Part shown: piece by piece, positions 1-11,334 of the stretch
Layout: each line of letters opens with the position of its first letter
How positions within the stretch are numbered: position 1 is the first letter of the stretch
Origin: Eledone cirrhosa
Lineage: Eukaryota
Direction: 5' to 3'
Assembly: GCA_964016885.1 (NCBI GenBank)
Contig: OZ024741.1
Location: 256,432,001-256,496,000 of the forward strand
Length of the DNA stretch: 64,000 nucleotides
The notes under the pieces: generated by a model
Database searches by the model: none
Seen by the model: only the letters and a program-made list of their open reading frames with translations
Told to the model about the DNA's origin: nothing
Made by a program: the position numbers and the translations under genes

Positions 1-1524
1 GTTCTGACTTACGAGTGTTCCGACTTACGAGTGTTCCGACTTACGAGTGTTTCGGCTTACGAGTGTTTCCGGCTTACGAGTGTTTCGACTTCCGAGTGTT
101 TTGACTTACGGTGTTTCGGCTTACGAGTGATTCGACTTACGAGTGTTTTGACTTACGGGTGATTTGACTTACGGGTGTTGTGAATTTCGAGTGTTCCGAT
201 TTACGAGTGTTTTGACTTACGGTGTTTCGGCTTACGAGTGATTCGACTTACGAATCTTTTGACTTACGGGTGTTTCGGCTTGCGAGTGTTTCGACTTACG
301 AGTGTTTCGGCTTATGGGTGTTTCGACTTACTAATGTTTTTACTTACGAGTGTTTCGGCGTACGAGTGTTTTGACTTACGAGTGTTTCGACTTACGAGTG
401 TTTCGACTTACGAGTGTTTCGACTTACGAGTGTTTCGGCTTACGTGAGTTTCGACTTAAGAGTGTTCTGATTTACGAGTGTTCTGAATTGCGGGTGTTCT
501 GATTTACGAGTGTTCCGACTTACGAGTGTTTCGGCTTATTAGTGTTTCGACTTACGAGTGTTTCGGCTTACGAGTGTTTCGACTTATGGGTGTTTCGACT
601 TACGAGTGTTTTTACTTACGGTGTTTCGGCTTACGAGTGTTTCGACATACGAGTGTTTTGACTTACGGGTGTTTCGACTTACGAGTGTTTTGACTAACGA
701 ATGTTTTGACTTACGGGTGTTTCGGATTACGAGTGTTTCGACTTACGAGTGTTTCGGCTTACGAGTGTTTCGACTTACTAATGTTCTTACGAGTGTTTCG
801 ACTTACGGGTGTTTTGACTTACGGGTGTATCGGCTTACGAGTGTTTTTGGCTTACGAGTGTTTCGACTTACGAGTGTTTTGACTTACGAGTGTTCTGATT
901 TACGGATGTTTCGACTTACGAGTGTTTCGACTTACGAGTGTTTCGGCTTGTGATTGTTTCGACTTACGAGTGTTTTGACTTACGGTGTTTCAGCTTACGA
1001 GTGTTTCGACTTACGAGTGTTTTGACTTACGGGTGTTTTGACATACGAGTGTTTCGATACGAGTGTTCTGACTTACGAGTGTTCTGACTTACGAGTGTTT
1101 TGACTTACGAGTGTTCTGACTTACGAGTGTTCCGACTTACGAGTGTTCCGACTTACGAGTGTTTCGGCTTACGAGTGTTTTGACTTAAGGGTGTTTCGAC
1201 TTACGAGTGTTTCGATACGAGTGTTTCGACTTACGAGTGTTTCGGCTTACGAGTGTTTCGACTTACGAGTGTTTCGACTTACGAGTGTTCCGACTTACGG
1301 GTGTTTCGACTTACGAGTGTTTTGGCTTACGGTGTTTCGACTTACGAGTGTTTCGAGTTAAGAGTGTTTTGACTTACGAGTGTTCTGATTTACGAGTGTT
1401 CTGACTTACGAGTGTTCTGACTTACGAGTGTTCTGACTTACGAGTGTTCTGACTTACGAGTGTTCCGACTTTACGAGTGTTTCGGCTCACGAGTGTTTCG
1501 GCTTACGAGTGTTTCGACTTACGA

Positions 1525-1593
1525 AAATAACAAATAGACGCGGTTTCAAATCTCTATGCTTTTCAAATTCATTACATTAATCTTTATTTATAC
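1525..1593. repeat. 69-bp AT-rich non-satellite insert, copy 1 of 18
   Basis: AAATAACAAATAGACGCGGTTTCAAATCTCTATGCTTTTCAAATTCATTACATTAATCTTTATTTATAC (17/69 G+C), replacing the GT between GACTTACGA and GTTTCG. Confidence 0.97.
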
Positions 1594-2509
1594 GTTTCGC
1601 TTTACGAGTGTTTCGACTTACTAATGTTTTTACTTACGAGTGTTTCGGCGTACGAGTGTTTCGACTTACGAGTGTTTCGACTTACGGGTGTTTTGACTTA
1701 CGGGTGTTTCGGCTTACGAGTGTTTTGACTTACGAGTGTTTTGACTTAAGGGTGTTTCGACTTACGAGTATTTTTGGCTTACGAGTGTTTCGACTTACGA
1801 GTGTTTTGACTTACGAGTGTTCTGATTTACGGATGTTTCGACATACGAGTGTTTCGACTTACGAGTGTTTCGACTTATGAGTGTTTCGACTTACGAGTGT
1901 TTCGGCTTATGAGTGTTTCGACTTACGAGTGCTTCGGCTTACGAGTGTTTCGACTTACGAGTATTTCGGCTTACGAGTGTTTCGACGTACGAATGTTTTG
2001 GCTTACGAGTGTTTCGGCTTATGAGTGTTTCGGCTTACGAGTGTTTCGACTTACGAGTGTTTCGGCTTACGAGTGTTTCAGTGTTTCGGCTTACGTGTGT
2101 TTCGACTTACGAGTGTTTCGACTTACGAGTGTTTTGACTTACGAGTGTTCTGATTTACGGATGTTTCGACATACGAGTGTTTCGACTTACGAGTGTTTCG
2201 ACTTATGAGTGTTTCGACTTACGAGTGTTTCGACTTACGAGTGTTTCGGCTTGTGATTGTTTCGACTTACGAGTGTTTTGACTTACGGTGTTTCAGCTTA
2301 CGACTGTTTTGGCTTACGGTGTTTCGGCTTACGAGTGTTTCGAGTTACGAGTGTTTTGACTTACACGTGTTTTGACATACGAGTGTTTCGATACGAGTGT
2401 TCTGACTTACGAGTGTTCTGACTTACGAGTGTTCTGACTTACGAGTGTTCCGACTTTACGAGTGTTTCGGCTCACGAGTGTTTCGGCTTACGAGTGTTTC
2501 GACTTACGA

Positions 2510-2578
2510 AAATAACAAATAGACGCGGTTTCAAATCTCTATGCTTTTCAAATTCATTACATTAATCTTTATTTATAC
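2510..2578. repeat. 69-bp AT-rich insert, copy 2
   Basis: Identical to copy 1, same monomer junctions. Confidence 0.97.
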
Positions 2579-5500
2579 GTTTCGCTTTACGAGTGTTTCG
2601 ACTTAAGAGTGTTTCGACATACGAGTGTTTCGGCTTACGAGTGTTTTGATTTACGAGTGTTTTGACTTACGGGTGCTTCGACTTACGCGAGTTTCGACTT
2701 ACGAGTGTTTCGACTTACGAGTGTTTCGACTTACGAGTGTTTCGGCTTACGAGTGTTTTGACTTACGAATGTTTTGACTTACGATTGTTTCGGCTTACGA
2801 GTGTTTCGACTTACGAGTGTTCTGACTACGAGTGTTCTGACTTACGGGTGATCTGACTTACGAGTGTTCCGACTTACGAGTGTTTCGGCTTATGAGTGTT
2901 TCGACTTACGAGTGCTTCGACTTACGAGTGTTTCGGCTTACGGGTGTTTCGACATACGAATGTTTTTGCTTACGAGTGTTTCGGCTTACGAGTGTTTCGG
3001 TTTATGAGTGTTTCGACTTACGAGTGTTTTGACTTACGGGTGTTTTGACATACGAGTGTTTCGATACGATTGTTCTGACTTACGAGTGTTTCCGCTTACA
3101 AGTGTTTCGGCTTACGAGTGTTTCGACTTACTAATGTTTTTACTTACGAGTGTTTCGGTGTACGAATGTTTCGACTTAAGGATGTTTCGACTTACGAGTG
3201 TTTCGACTTACGAGTGTTTCGACTTACGAGTGTTTCGACTTACGAGTGTTTTGGCTTACGAATGTTTTGACTTACGGGTGTTTCGACTTACGAGTGTTTC
3301 GACTTATGAGTGTTTGGACTTACGAGTGTTTCGGCTTATGAGTGTTTCGACTTACGAGTGCTTCGGCTTACGAGTGTTTCGACTGACGAGTATTTCGGCT
3401 TACGAGTGTTTCGACGTACGAATGTTTTGGCTTACGAGTGTTTCGGCTTATGAGTGTTTCGGCTTACGAGTGTTTCGACTTACGAGGGTTTCGGCTTACG
3501 AGTGTTTCAGTGTTTCGGCTTACGTGTGTTTCGACTTACGAGTGTTTCGACTTATGAGTGTTTCGACTTACGAGTGTTCTGACTTACGAGTGTTCTGACT
3601 TACGAGTGTTCCGACTTACGAGTGTTTCGGTTTACGAGTGTTTCGACATACGAGTGTTTTGACTTACGGGTGTTTCGACTTACGGGTGTTTCGACTTACG
3701 AGTGTTTTGGCTTACGAGTGTTTCGACTTACTAATGTTTTTACTTACGAGTGTTTCGGTGTACGAATGTTTTGACTTAAGGATGTTTCGACTTACGAGTG
3801 TTTCGACTTACGAGTGTTTCGGCTTACGTGAGTTTCGACTTAAGATGGTTCTGATTTACGAGTGTTCTGACTTACGAGTGTTTCGGCTTATGAGTGTTTC
3901 GACTTACGAGTGTTTCGGCTTACGAGTGTTTCGACTTATGGGTGTTTCGACTTACGAGTGTTTTTACTTACGGTGTTTCGGCTTACGAGTGTTTCGACAT
4001 ACGAGTGTTTTGACTTACGGGTGTTTCGACTTACGAGTATTTTTGGCTTACGAGTGTTTCGACTTACGAGTGTTTTGACTTACGAGTGTTCTGATTTACG
4101 GATGTTTCGACATACGAGTGTTTCGACTTACGAGTGTTTCGACTTATGAGTGTTTCGACTTACGAGTGTTTCGGCTTACGAGTGTTTCGACTTACGAGTG
4201 TTTTGACTTACGGTGTTTCGGCTTACGAGTGTTTCGACTTACGAGTGTTTTGACTTACGGGTGTTTTGACATACGAGTGTTTCGATACGAGTGTTCTGAC
4301 TTACGAGTGTTCTGACTTACGAGTGTTTTGACTTACGAGTGTTCTGACTTACGAGTGTTCCGACTTACGAGTGTTCCGACTTACGAGTGTTTCGGCTTAC
4401 GAGTGTTTCCGGCTTACGAGTGTTTCGACTTCCGAGTGTTTTGACTTACGTGTTTCGGCTTACGAGTGATTCGACTTACGAGTGTTTTGACTTACGGGTG
4501 ATTTGACTTACGGGTGTTGTGAATTACGAGTGTTCCGATTTACGAGTGTTTTGACTTACGGTGTTTCGGCTTACGAGTGATTCGACTTACGAATGTTTTG
4601 ACTTACGGGTGTTTCGGCTTGCGAGTGTTTCGACTTACGAGTGTTTCGGCTTATGGGTGTTTCGACTTACTAATGTTTTTACTTACGAGTGTTTCGGCGT
4701 ACGAGTGTTTTGACTTACGAGTGTTTCGACTTACGAGTGTTTCGACTTACGAGTGATTCGGCTTACGTGAGTTTCGACTTAAGAGTGTTCTGATTTACGA
4801 GTGTTCTGACTTGCGGGTGTTCTGATTTACGAGTGTTCCGACTTACGAGTGTTTCGGCTTATTAGTGTTTCGACTTACGAGTGTTTCGGCTTACGAGTGT
4901 TTCGACTTATGGGTGTTTCGAGTTACGAGTATTTTGACTTACGAATGTTTTGACTTACGAATGTTTTGACCTACGGGTGTTTCGGCTTACGAGTGTTTCG
5001 ACTTACGAGTGTTTCGGCTTACGAGTGTTTCGACTTACTAATGTTCTTACTTACGAGTGTTTCGGCGTACGAGAGTTTTGACTTACGAGTGTTTCGACTT
5101 ACGAGTGTTTCGACTTACGAGTGTTTTGACTTACGAATGTTTTGACTTACGGGTGTTTCGGCTTACGAGTGTTTCGACTTACGAGTCTTTCGGCTTACGA
5201 GTGTTTCGACTTACTAATGTTTTTACTTACGAGTGTTTACTTACTTCGACTTACTAATGTTTTTACTTACGAGTGTTTACTTACTTCGACTTACGAGTGT
5301 TTCGACTTACGACTGTTTCGGCTTACGAGTGTTTCGGCTTACGAGTGTTTCGACTTACGAGTGTTTCGACTTACGACTGTTTCGGCTTACGAGTGTTTCG
5401 GCTTACGAGTGTTTCGACTTACGAGTGTTCTGATTTACGGATGTTTCGACATACGAGTGTTTCGACTTACGAGTGTTTCGACTTATGAGTGTTTCGACTT

Positions 5501-8466
5501 ACGAGTGTTTCGGCTTATGAGTGTTTCGACGTACGAATGTTTTGGCTTACGAGTGTTTCGGCTTATGAGTGTTTCGGCTTACGAGTGTTTCGGCTTACGA
5601 GTGTTTCGACTTACGAGTGTTTCGGCTTACGAGTGTTTCAGTGTTTCGGCTTACGTGTGTTTCGACTTACGAGTGTTTCGACTTACGACTGTTTCGGCTT
5701 ACGAGTGTTTCGGCTTACGAGTGTTTCGACTTACGAGTGTTTTGACTTACGAATGTTTTGACTTACGGGTGTTTCGGCTTACGAGTGTTTCGACTTACGA
5801 GTCTTTCGGCTTACGAGTGTTTCGACTTACTAATGTTTTTACTTACGAGTGTTTCGGCGTACGAGTGTTTCGACTTACGAGTGTTTCGACTTACGGGTGT
5901 TTTGACTTACGGGTGTTTCGGCTTACGAGTGTTTTGACTTACGAGTGTTTTGACTTAAGGGTGTTTCGACTTACGAGTATTTTTGGCTTACGAGTGTTTC
6001 GACTTACGAGTGTTTTTTTACTTACGAGTGTTCTGATTTACGGATGTTTCGACATACGAGTGTTTCGACTTACGAGTGTTTCGACTTACTAATGTTCTTA
6101 CTTACGAGTGTTTCGGCGTACGAGAGTTTTGACTTACGAGTGTTTCGACTTACGAGTGTTTCGACTTACGAGTGTTTTGACTTACGAATGTTTTGACTTA
6201 CGGGTGTTTCGGCTTACGAGTGTTTCGACTTACGAGTCTTTCGGCTTACGAGTGTTTCGACTTACTAATGTTTTTACTTACGAGTGTTTCGGCGTACGAG
6301 TGTTTCGACTTACGAGTGTTTCGACTTACGGGTGTTTTGACTTACGGGTGTTTCGGCTTACGAGTGTTTTGACTTACGAGTGTTTTGACTTAAGGTTGTT
6401 TCGACTTACGAGTATTTTTGGCTTACGAGTGTTTCGACTTACGAGTGTTTTGACTTACGAGTGTTCTGATTTACGGATGTTTCGACATACGAGTGTTTCA
6501 ACTTACGAGTGTTTCGACTTATGAGTGTTTCGACTTACGAGTGTTTCGGCTTATGAGTGTTTCGACTTACGAGTGCTTCGGCTTACGAGTGTTTCGACTT
6601 ACGAGTATTTCGGCTTACGAGTGTTTCGACGTACGAATGTTTTGGCTTACGAGTGTTTCGGCTTATGAGTGTTTCGGCTTACGAGTGTTTCGACTTACGA
6701 CTGTTTCGGCTTACGAGTGTTTCGGCTTGCGAGTGTTTCGGCTTACGAGTGTTTTGACTTACGAGTGTTTTGACTTACGATTGTTTGGCTTACGAGTGTT
6801 CTGACTTACGGGTGTTCTGACTTTCGAATGTTCCGACTTACGAGTGTTTCGGCTTATGAGGGTTTCGACTTACGAGTGCTTCGGCTTACGAGTGTTTCGA
6901 CTTACGAGTGTTTCGGCTTACGAGTGTTTCGACTTACGAGTGTTTCGACTTACGAGTGTTTTGACTTACGGTGTTTCGGCTTCCGAGTGTTTCGACATAC
7001 GAGTGTTTTGACGTACGGGTGTTTCGACTTACGGGTCTTTCGACTTAAGTGTGTTTCGACTTACGAGCGCTTCGACTTACGAGTGTTTCGACTTACGAGT
7101 GTTTCGGCGTATGAGTGTTTTGACTTACGAGTGTTTCGACTTACGAGTGTTTCGACTTACGAGTGTTTCGAATTACGAGTGTTTCGACTTACGAGTGTTT
7201 TGACTTACGAGTGTTTTGACTTCGGTGTTTCTGCTTACGAGTGTTTCGACTTACGAGTGTTATGACTTACGGGTGTTTTCACATACGAGTGTTTCGACTT
7301 ACGAGTGTTTTGACTTACGGGTGTTTTGACATACGAGTGTTTCGATACGAGTGTTCTGACTTACGAGTGTTCTGACTTACGAGTGTTCTGACTTACGAGT
7401 GTTTCGACATACGAGTGTTTCGACTTACGGGTGTTTCGGCTTACGAGTGTTTCGACTTACGAGTGTTTCGGCTTACGAGTGTTTCGACTTACTAATATTT
7501 TTACTTACGAGTGTTTCGGCGTACGAGAGTTTTGACTTACGCGTGTTTCGACTTACGAGTGTTTCGACTTACGAGTATTTTGACTTACGAATGTTTTGAC
7601 TTACGGGTGTTTCGGCTTACGAGTGTTTCGACTTACGAGTCTTTCGGCTTACGAGTGTTTCGACTTACTAATGTTTTTACTTACGAGTGTTTCGGCGTAC
7701 GAGTGTTTCGACTTCCGAGTGTTTCGACTTACGGGTGTTTTGACTTACGGGTGTATCGGCTTACGAGTGTTTTGACTTACGAGTGTTTTGACTTAAGGGT
7801 GTTTCGACTTACGAGTATTTTTGGCTTACGAGTGTTTCGACTTACGAGTGTTTTGACTTACGAGTGTTCTGATTTACGGATGTTTCGACATACGAGTGTT
7901 TCGACTTACGAGTGTTTCGACTTATGAGTGTTTCGACTTACGAGTGTTTCGACTTACGAGTGTTTCGGCTTGTGATTGTTTCGACTTACGAGTGTTTTGA
8001 CTTACGGTGTTTCAGCTTACGAGTGTTTCGACTTACGAGTGTTTTGACTTACGGGTGTTTTGACATACGAGTGTTTCGATACGAGTGTTCTGACTTACGA
8101 GTGTTCTGACTTACGAGTGTTTTGACTTACGAGTGTTCTGACTTACGAGTGTTCTGACTTACGAGTGTTTCGGCTTACGAGTGTTTTGACTTAAGGGTGT
8201 TTCGACTTACGAGTGTTTCGATACGAGTGTTTCGACTTACGAGTGTTTCGGCTTACGAGTGTTTCGACTTACGAGTGTTTCGACTTACGAGTGTTCCGAC
8301 TTACGGGTGTTTCGACTTACGAGTGTTTTGGCTTACGGTGTTTCGACTTACGAGTGTTTCGAGTTAAGAGTGTTTTGACTTACGAGTGTTCTGACTTACG
8401 AGTGTTCTGACTTACGAGTGTTCCGACTTTACGAGTGTTTCGGCTTACGAGTGTTTCGACTTACGA

Positions 8467-8535
8467 AAATAACAAATAGACGCGGTTTCAAATCTCTATG
8501 CTTTTCAAATTCATTACATTAATCTTTATTTATAC
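8467..8535. repeat. 69-bp AT-rich insert, copy 3
   Basis: Identical to copy 1; the upstream leader lacks the GGCTCACG monomer. Confidence 0.97.
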
Positions 8536-11265
8536 GTTTCGCTTTACGAGTGTTTCGACTTACGAGTGTTTCGACATACGAGTGTTTCGACTTACGAATG
8601 TTTTTGCTTACGGGTGTTTCGACTTACCAATATTTTGCTTACGAGTGTTTCGGTTTACGAGTGTTCCGACTTACGAGTGTTCCGACTTACGAGTGTTTCG
8701 GCTTACGAGTGTTTCCGGCTTACGAGTGTTTCAACTTACGAGTGTTCTGACTTACGAGTGTTCTGATTTACGGATGTTTCGACACACGAGTGTTTCGAAT
8801 TACGAGTGTTTCGACTTACGAGTGTTTTGACTTACGGGTGTTTTGACATACGAGTGTTTCGATACGAGTGTTTCGACTTACGAGTGTTCTGACTTACGAG
8901 TGTTCTGATTTACGGATGTTTCGACATACGAGTGTTTCGACTTACGAGTGTTTCGACTTATGAGTGTTTCGACTTACGAGTGTTTCGGATTACGAGTGTT
9001 TCGACTTACGAGTGTTTTGACTTACGGTGTTTCGGCTTACGAGTGTTTCGACTTACGAGTGTTTTGACTTACGGGTGTTTTGACATACGAGTGTTTTGAT
9101 ACGAGTGTTCTGACTTACGAGTGTTCTGACTTACGAGTGTTCTGACTTACGAGTGTTCTGATTTACGGATGTTTCAACATACGAGTGTTTCGACTTACGA
9201 GTGTTTCGACTTATGAGTGTTTCGACTTACGAGTGTTTCGGCTTACGAGTGTTTCGACTTACGAGTGTTTTGACTTACGGTGTTTCGGCTTACGAGTGTT
9301 TCGACTTACGAGTGTTTTGACTTACGGGTGTTTTGACATACGAGTGTTTCGATACGAGTGTTCTGACTTACGAGTGTTCTGACTTACGAGTGTTTTGACT
9401 TACGAGTGTTCTGACTTACGGGTGTTTCGACTTACGAGTATTTTTGGCTTACCAGTGTTTCGACTTACGAGTGTTTTGACTTACGAGTGTTCTGATTTAC
9501 GGATGTTTCGACACACGAGTGTTTCGACTTACGAATGTTTCGACTTATGAGTGTTTCGACTTACGAGTGTTTCGGCTTACGAGTGTTTCGTCTTACGAGT
9601 GTTTTGACTTACGGTGTTTCGGCTTACGAGTGTTTCGACTTACGAGTGTTTTGACTTACGGGTGTTTTGACATACGAGTGTTTCGATACGAGTGTTCTGA
9701 CTTACGAGTGTTCTGACTTACGAGTGTTTTGACTTACGAGTGTTCTGACTTACGAGTGTTCCGACTTACGAGTGTTCCGACTTACGAGTGTTTCGGCTTA
9801 CGAGTGTTTCCGGCTTACGAGTGTTTCGACTTCCGAGTGTTTTGACTTACGGTGTTTCGGCTTACGAGTGATTCGACTTACGAGTGTTTTGACTTACGGG
9901 TGATTTGACTTACGGGTGTTGTGAATTTCGAGTGTTCCGATTTACGAGTGTTTTGACTTACGGTGTTTCGGCTTACGAGTGATTCGACTTACGAATGTTT
10001 TGACTTACGGGTGTTTCGGCTTGCGAGTGTTTCGACTTACGAGTGTTTCGGCTTATGGGTGTTTCGACTTACTAATGTTTTTACTTACGAGTGTTTCGGC
10101 GTACGAGTGTTTTGACTTACGAGTGTTTCGACTTACGAGTGTTTCGACTTACGAGTGTTTCGACTTACGAGTGTTTCGGCTTACGTGAGTTTCGACTTAA
10201 GAGTGTTCTGATTTACGAGTGTTCTGAATTGCGGGTGTTCTGATTTACGAGTGTTCCGACTTACGAGTGTTTCGGCTTATTAGTGTTTCGACTTACGAGT
10301 GTTTCGGCTTACGAGTGTTTCGACTTATGGGTGTTTCGACTTACGAGTGTTTTTACTTACGGTGTTTCGGCTTACGAGTGTTTCGACATACGAGTGTTTT
10401 GACTTACGGGTGTTTCGACTTACGAGTGTTTTGACTTACGAATGTTTTGACTTACGGGTGTTTCGGATTACGAGTGTTTCGACTTACGAGTGTTTCGGCT
10501 TACGAGTGTTTCGACTTACTAATGTTCTTACGAGTGTTTCGACTTACGGGTGTTTTGACTTACGGGTGTATCGGCTTACGAGTGTTTTTGGCTTACGAGT
10601 GTTTCGACTTACGAGTGTTTTGACTTACGAGTGTTCTGATTTACGGATGTTTCGACTTACGAGTGTTTCGACTTACGAGTGTTTCGGCTTGTGATTGTTT
10701 CGACTTACGAGTGTTTTGACTTACGGTGTTTCAGCTTACGAGTGTTTCGACTTACGAGTGTTTTGACTTACGGGTGTTTTGACATACGAGTGTTTCGATA
10801 CGAGTGTTCTGACTTACGAGTGTTCTGACTTACGAGTGTTTTGACTTACGAGTGTTCTGACTTACGAGTGTTCCGACTTACGAGTGTTCCGACTTACGAG
10901 TGTTTCGGCTTACGAGTGTTTTGACTTAAGGGTGTTTCGACTTACGAGTGTTTCGATACGAGTGTTTCGACTTACGAGTGTTTCGGCTTACGAGTGTTTC
11001 GACTTACGAGTGTTTCGACTTACGAGTGTTCCGACTTACGGGTGTTTCGACTTACGAGTGTTTTGGCTTACGGTGTTTCGACTTACGAGTGTTTCGAGTT
11101 AAGAGTGTTTTGACTTACGAGTGTTCTGATTTACGAGTGTTCTGACTTACGAGTGTTCTGACTTACGAGTGTTCTGACTTACGAGTGTTCTGACTTACGA
11201 GTGTTCCGACTTTACGAGTGTTTCGGCTCACGAGTGTTTCGGCTTACGAGTGTTTCGACTTACGA

Positions 11266-11334
11266 AAATAACAAATAGACGCGGTTTCAAATCTCTATGC
11301 TTTTCAAATTCATTACATTAATCTTTATTTATAC
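11266..11334. repeat. 69-bp AT-rich insert, copy 4
   Basis: Identical to copy 1. Confidence 0.97.

Noticed and set aside
1538-1568. CDE/CHR- or MCB-like cell-cycle motifs (ACGCGG next to TTCAAA) in the insert
   Set aside because: Spacing and orientation do not match the canonical CDE-N4-CHR arrangement, ACGCGG is not ACGCGT, no gene is nearby, and such short matches are expected by chance.
1525-1593. Insert as an independently mobile MITE or SINE
   Set aside because: It has no TIRs, TSD, poly(A) tail or A/B boxes. Shared flanking monomer variants in all copies indicate passive co-amplification from a single event.
8498-8830. ORFs beginning MLFKFITLIFIYTF, resembling a signal peptide fused to repeats
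   Set aside because: The hydrophobic start is what T-rich DNA encodes. Downstream length varies arbitrarily between copies, and the ATG is lost in copy 14.
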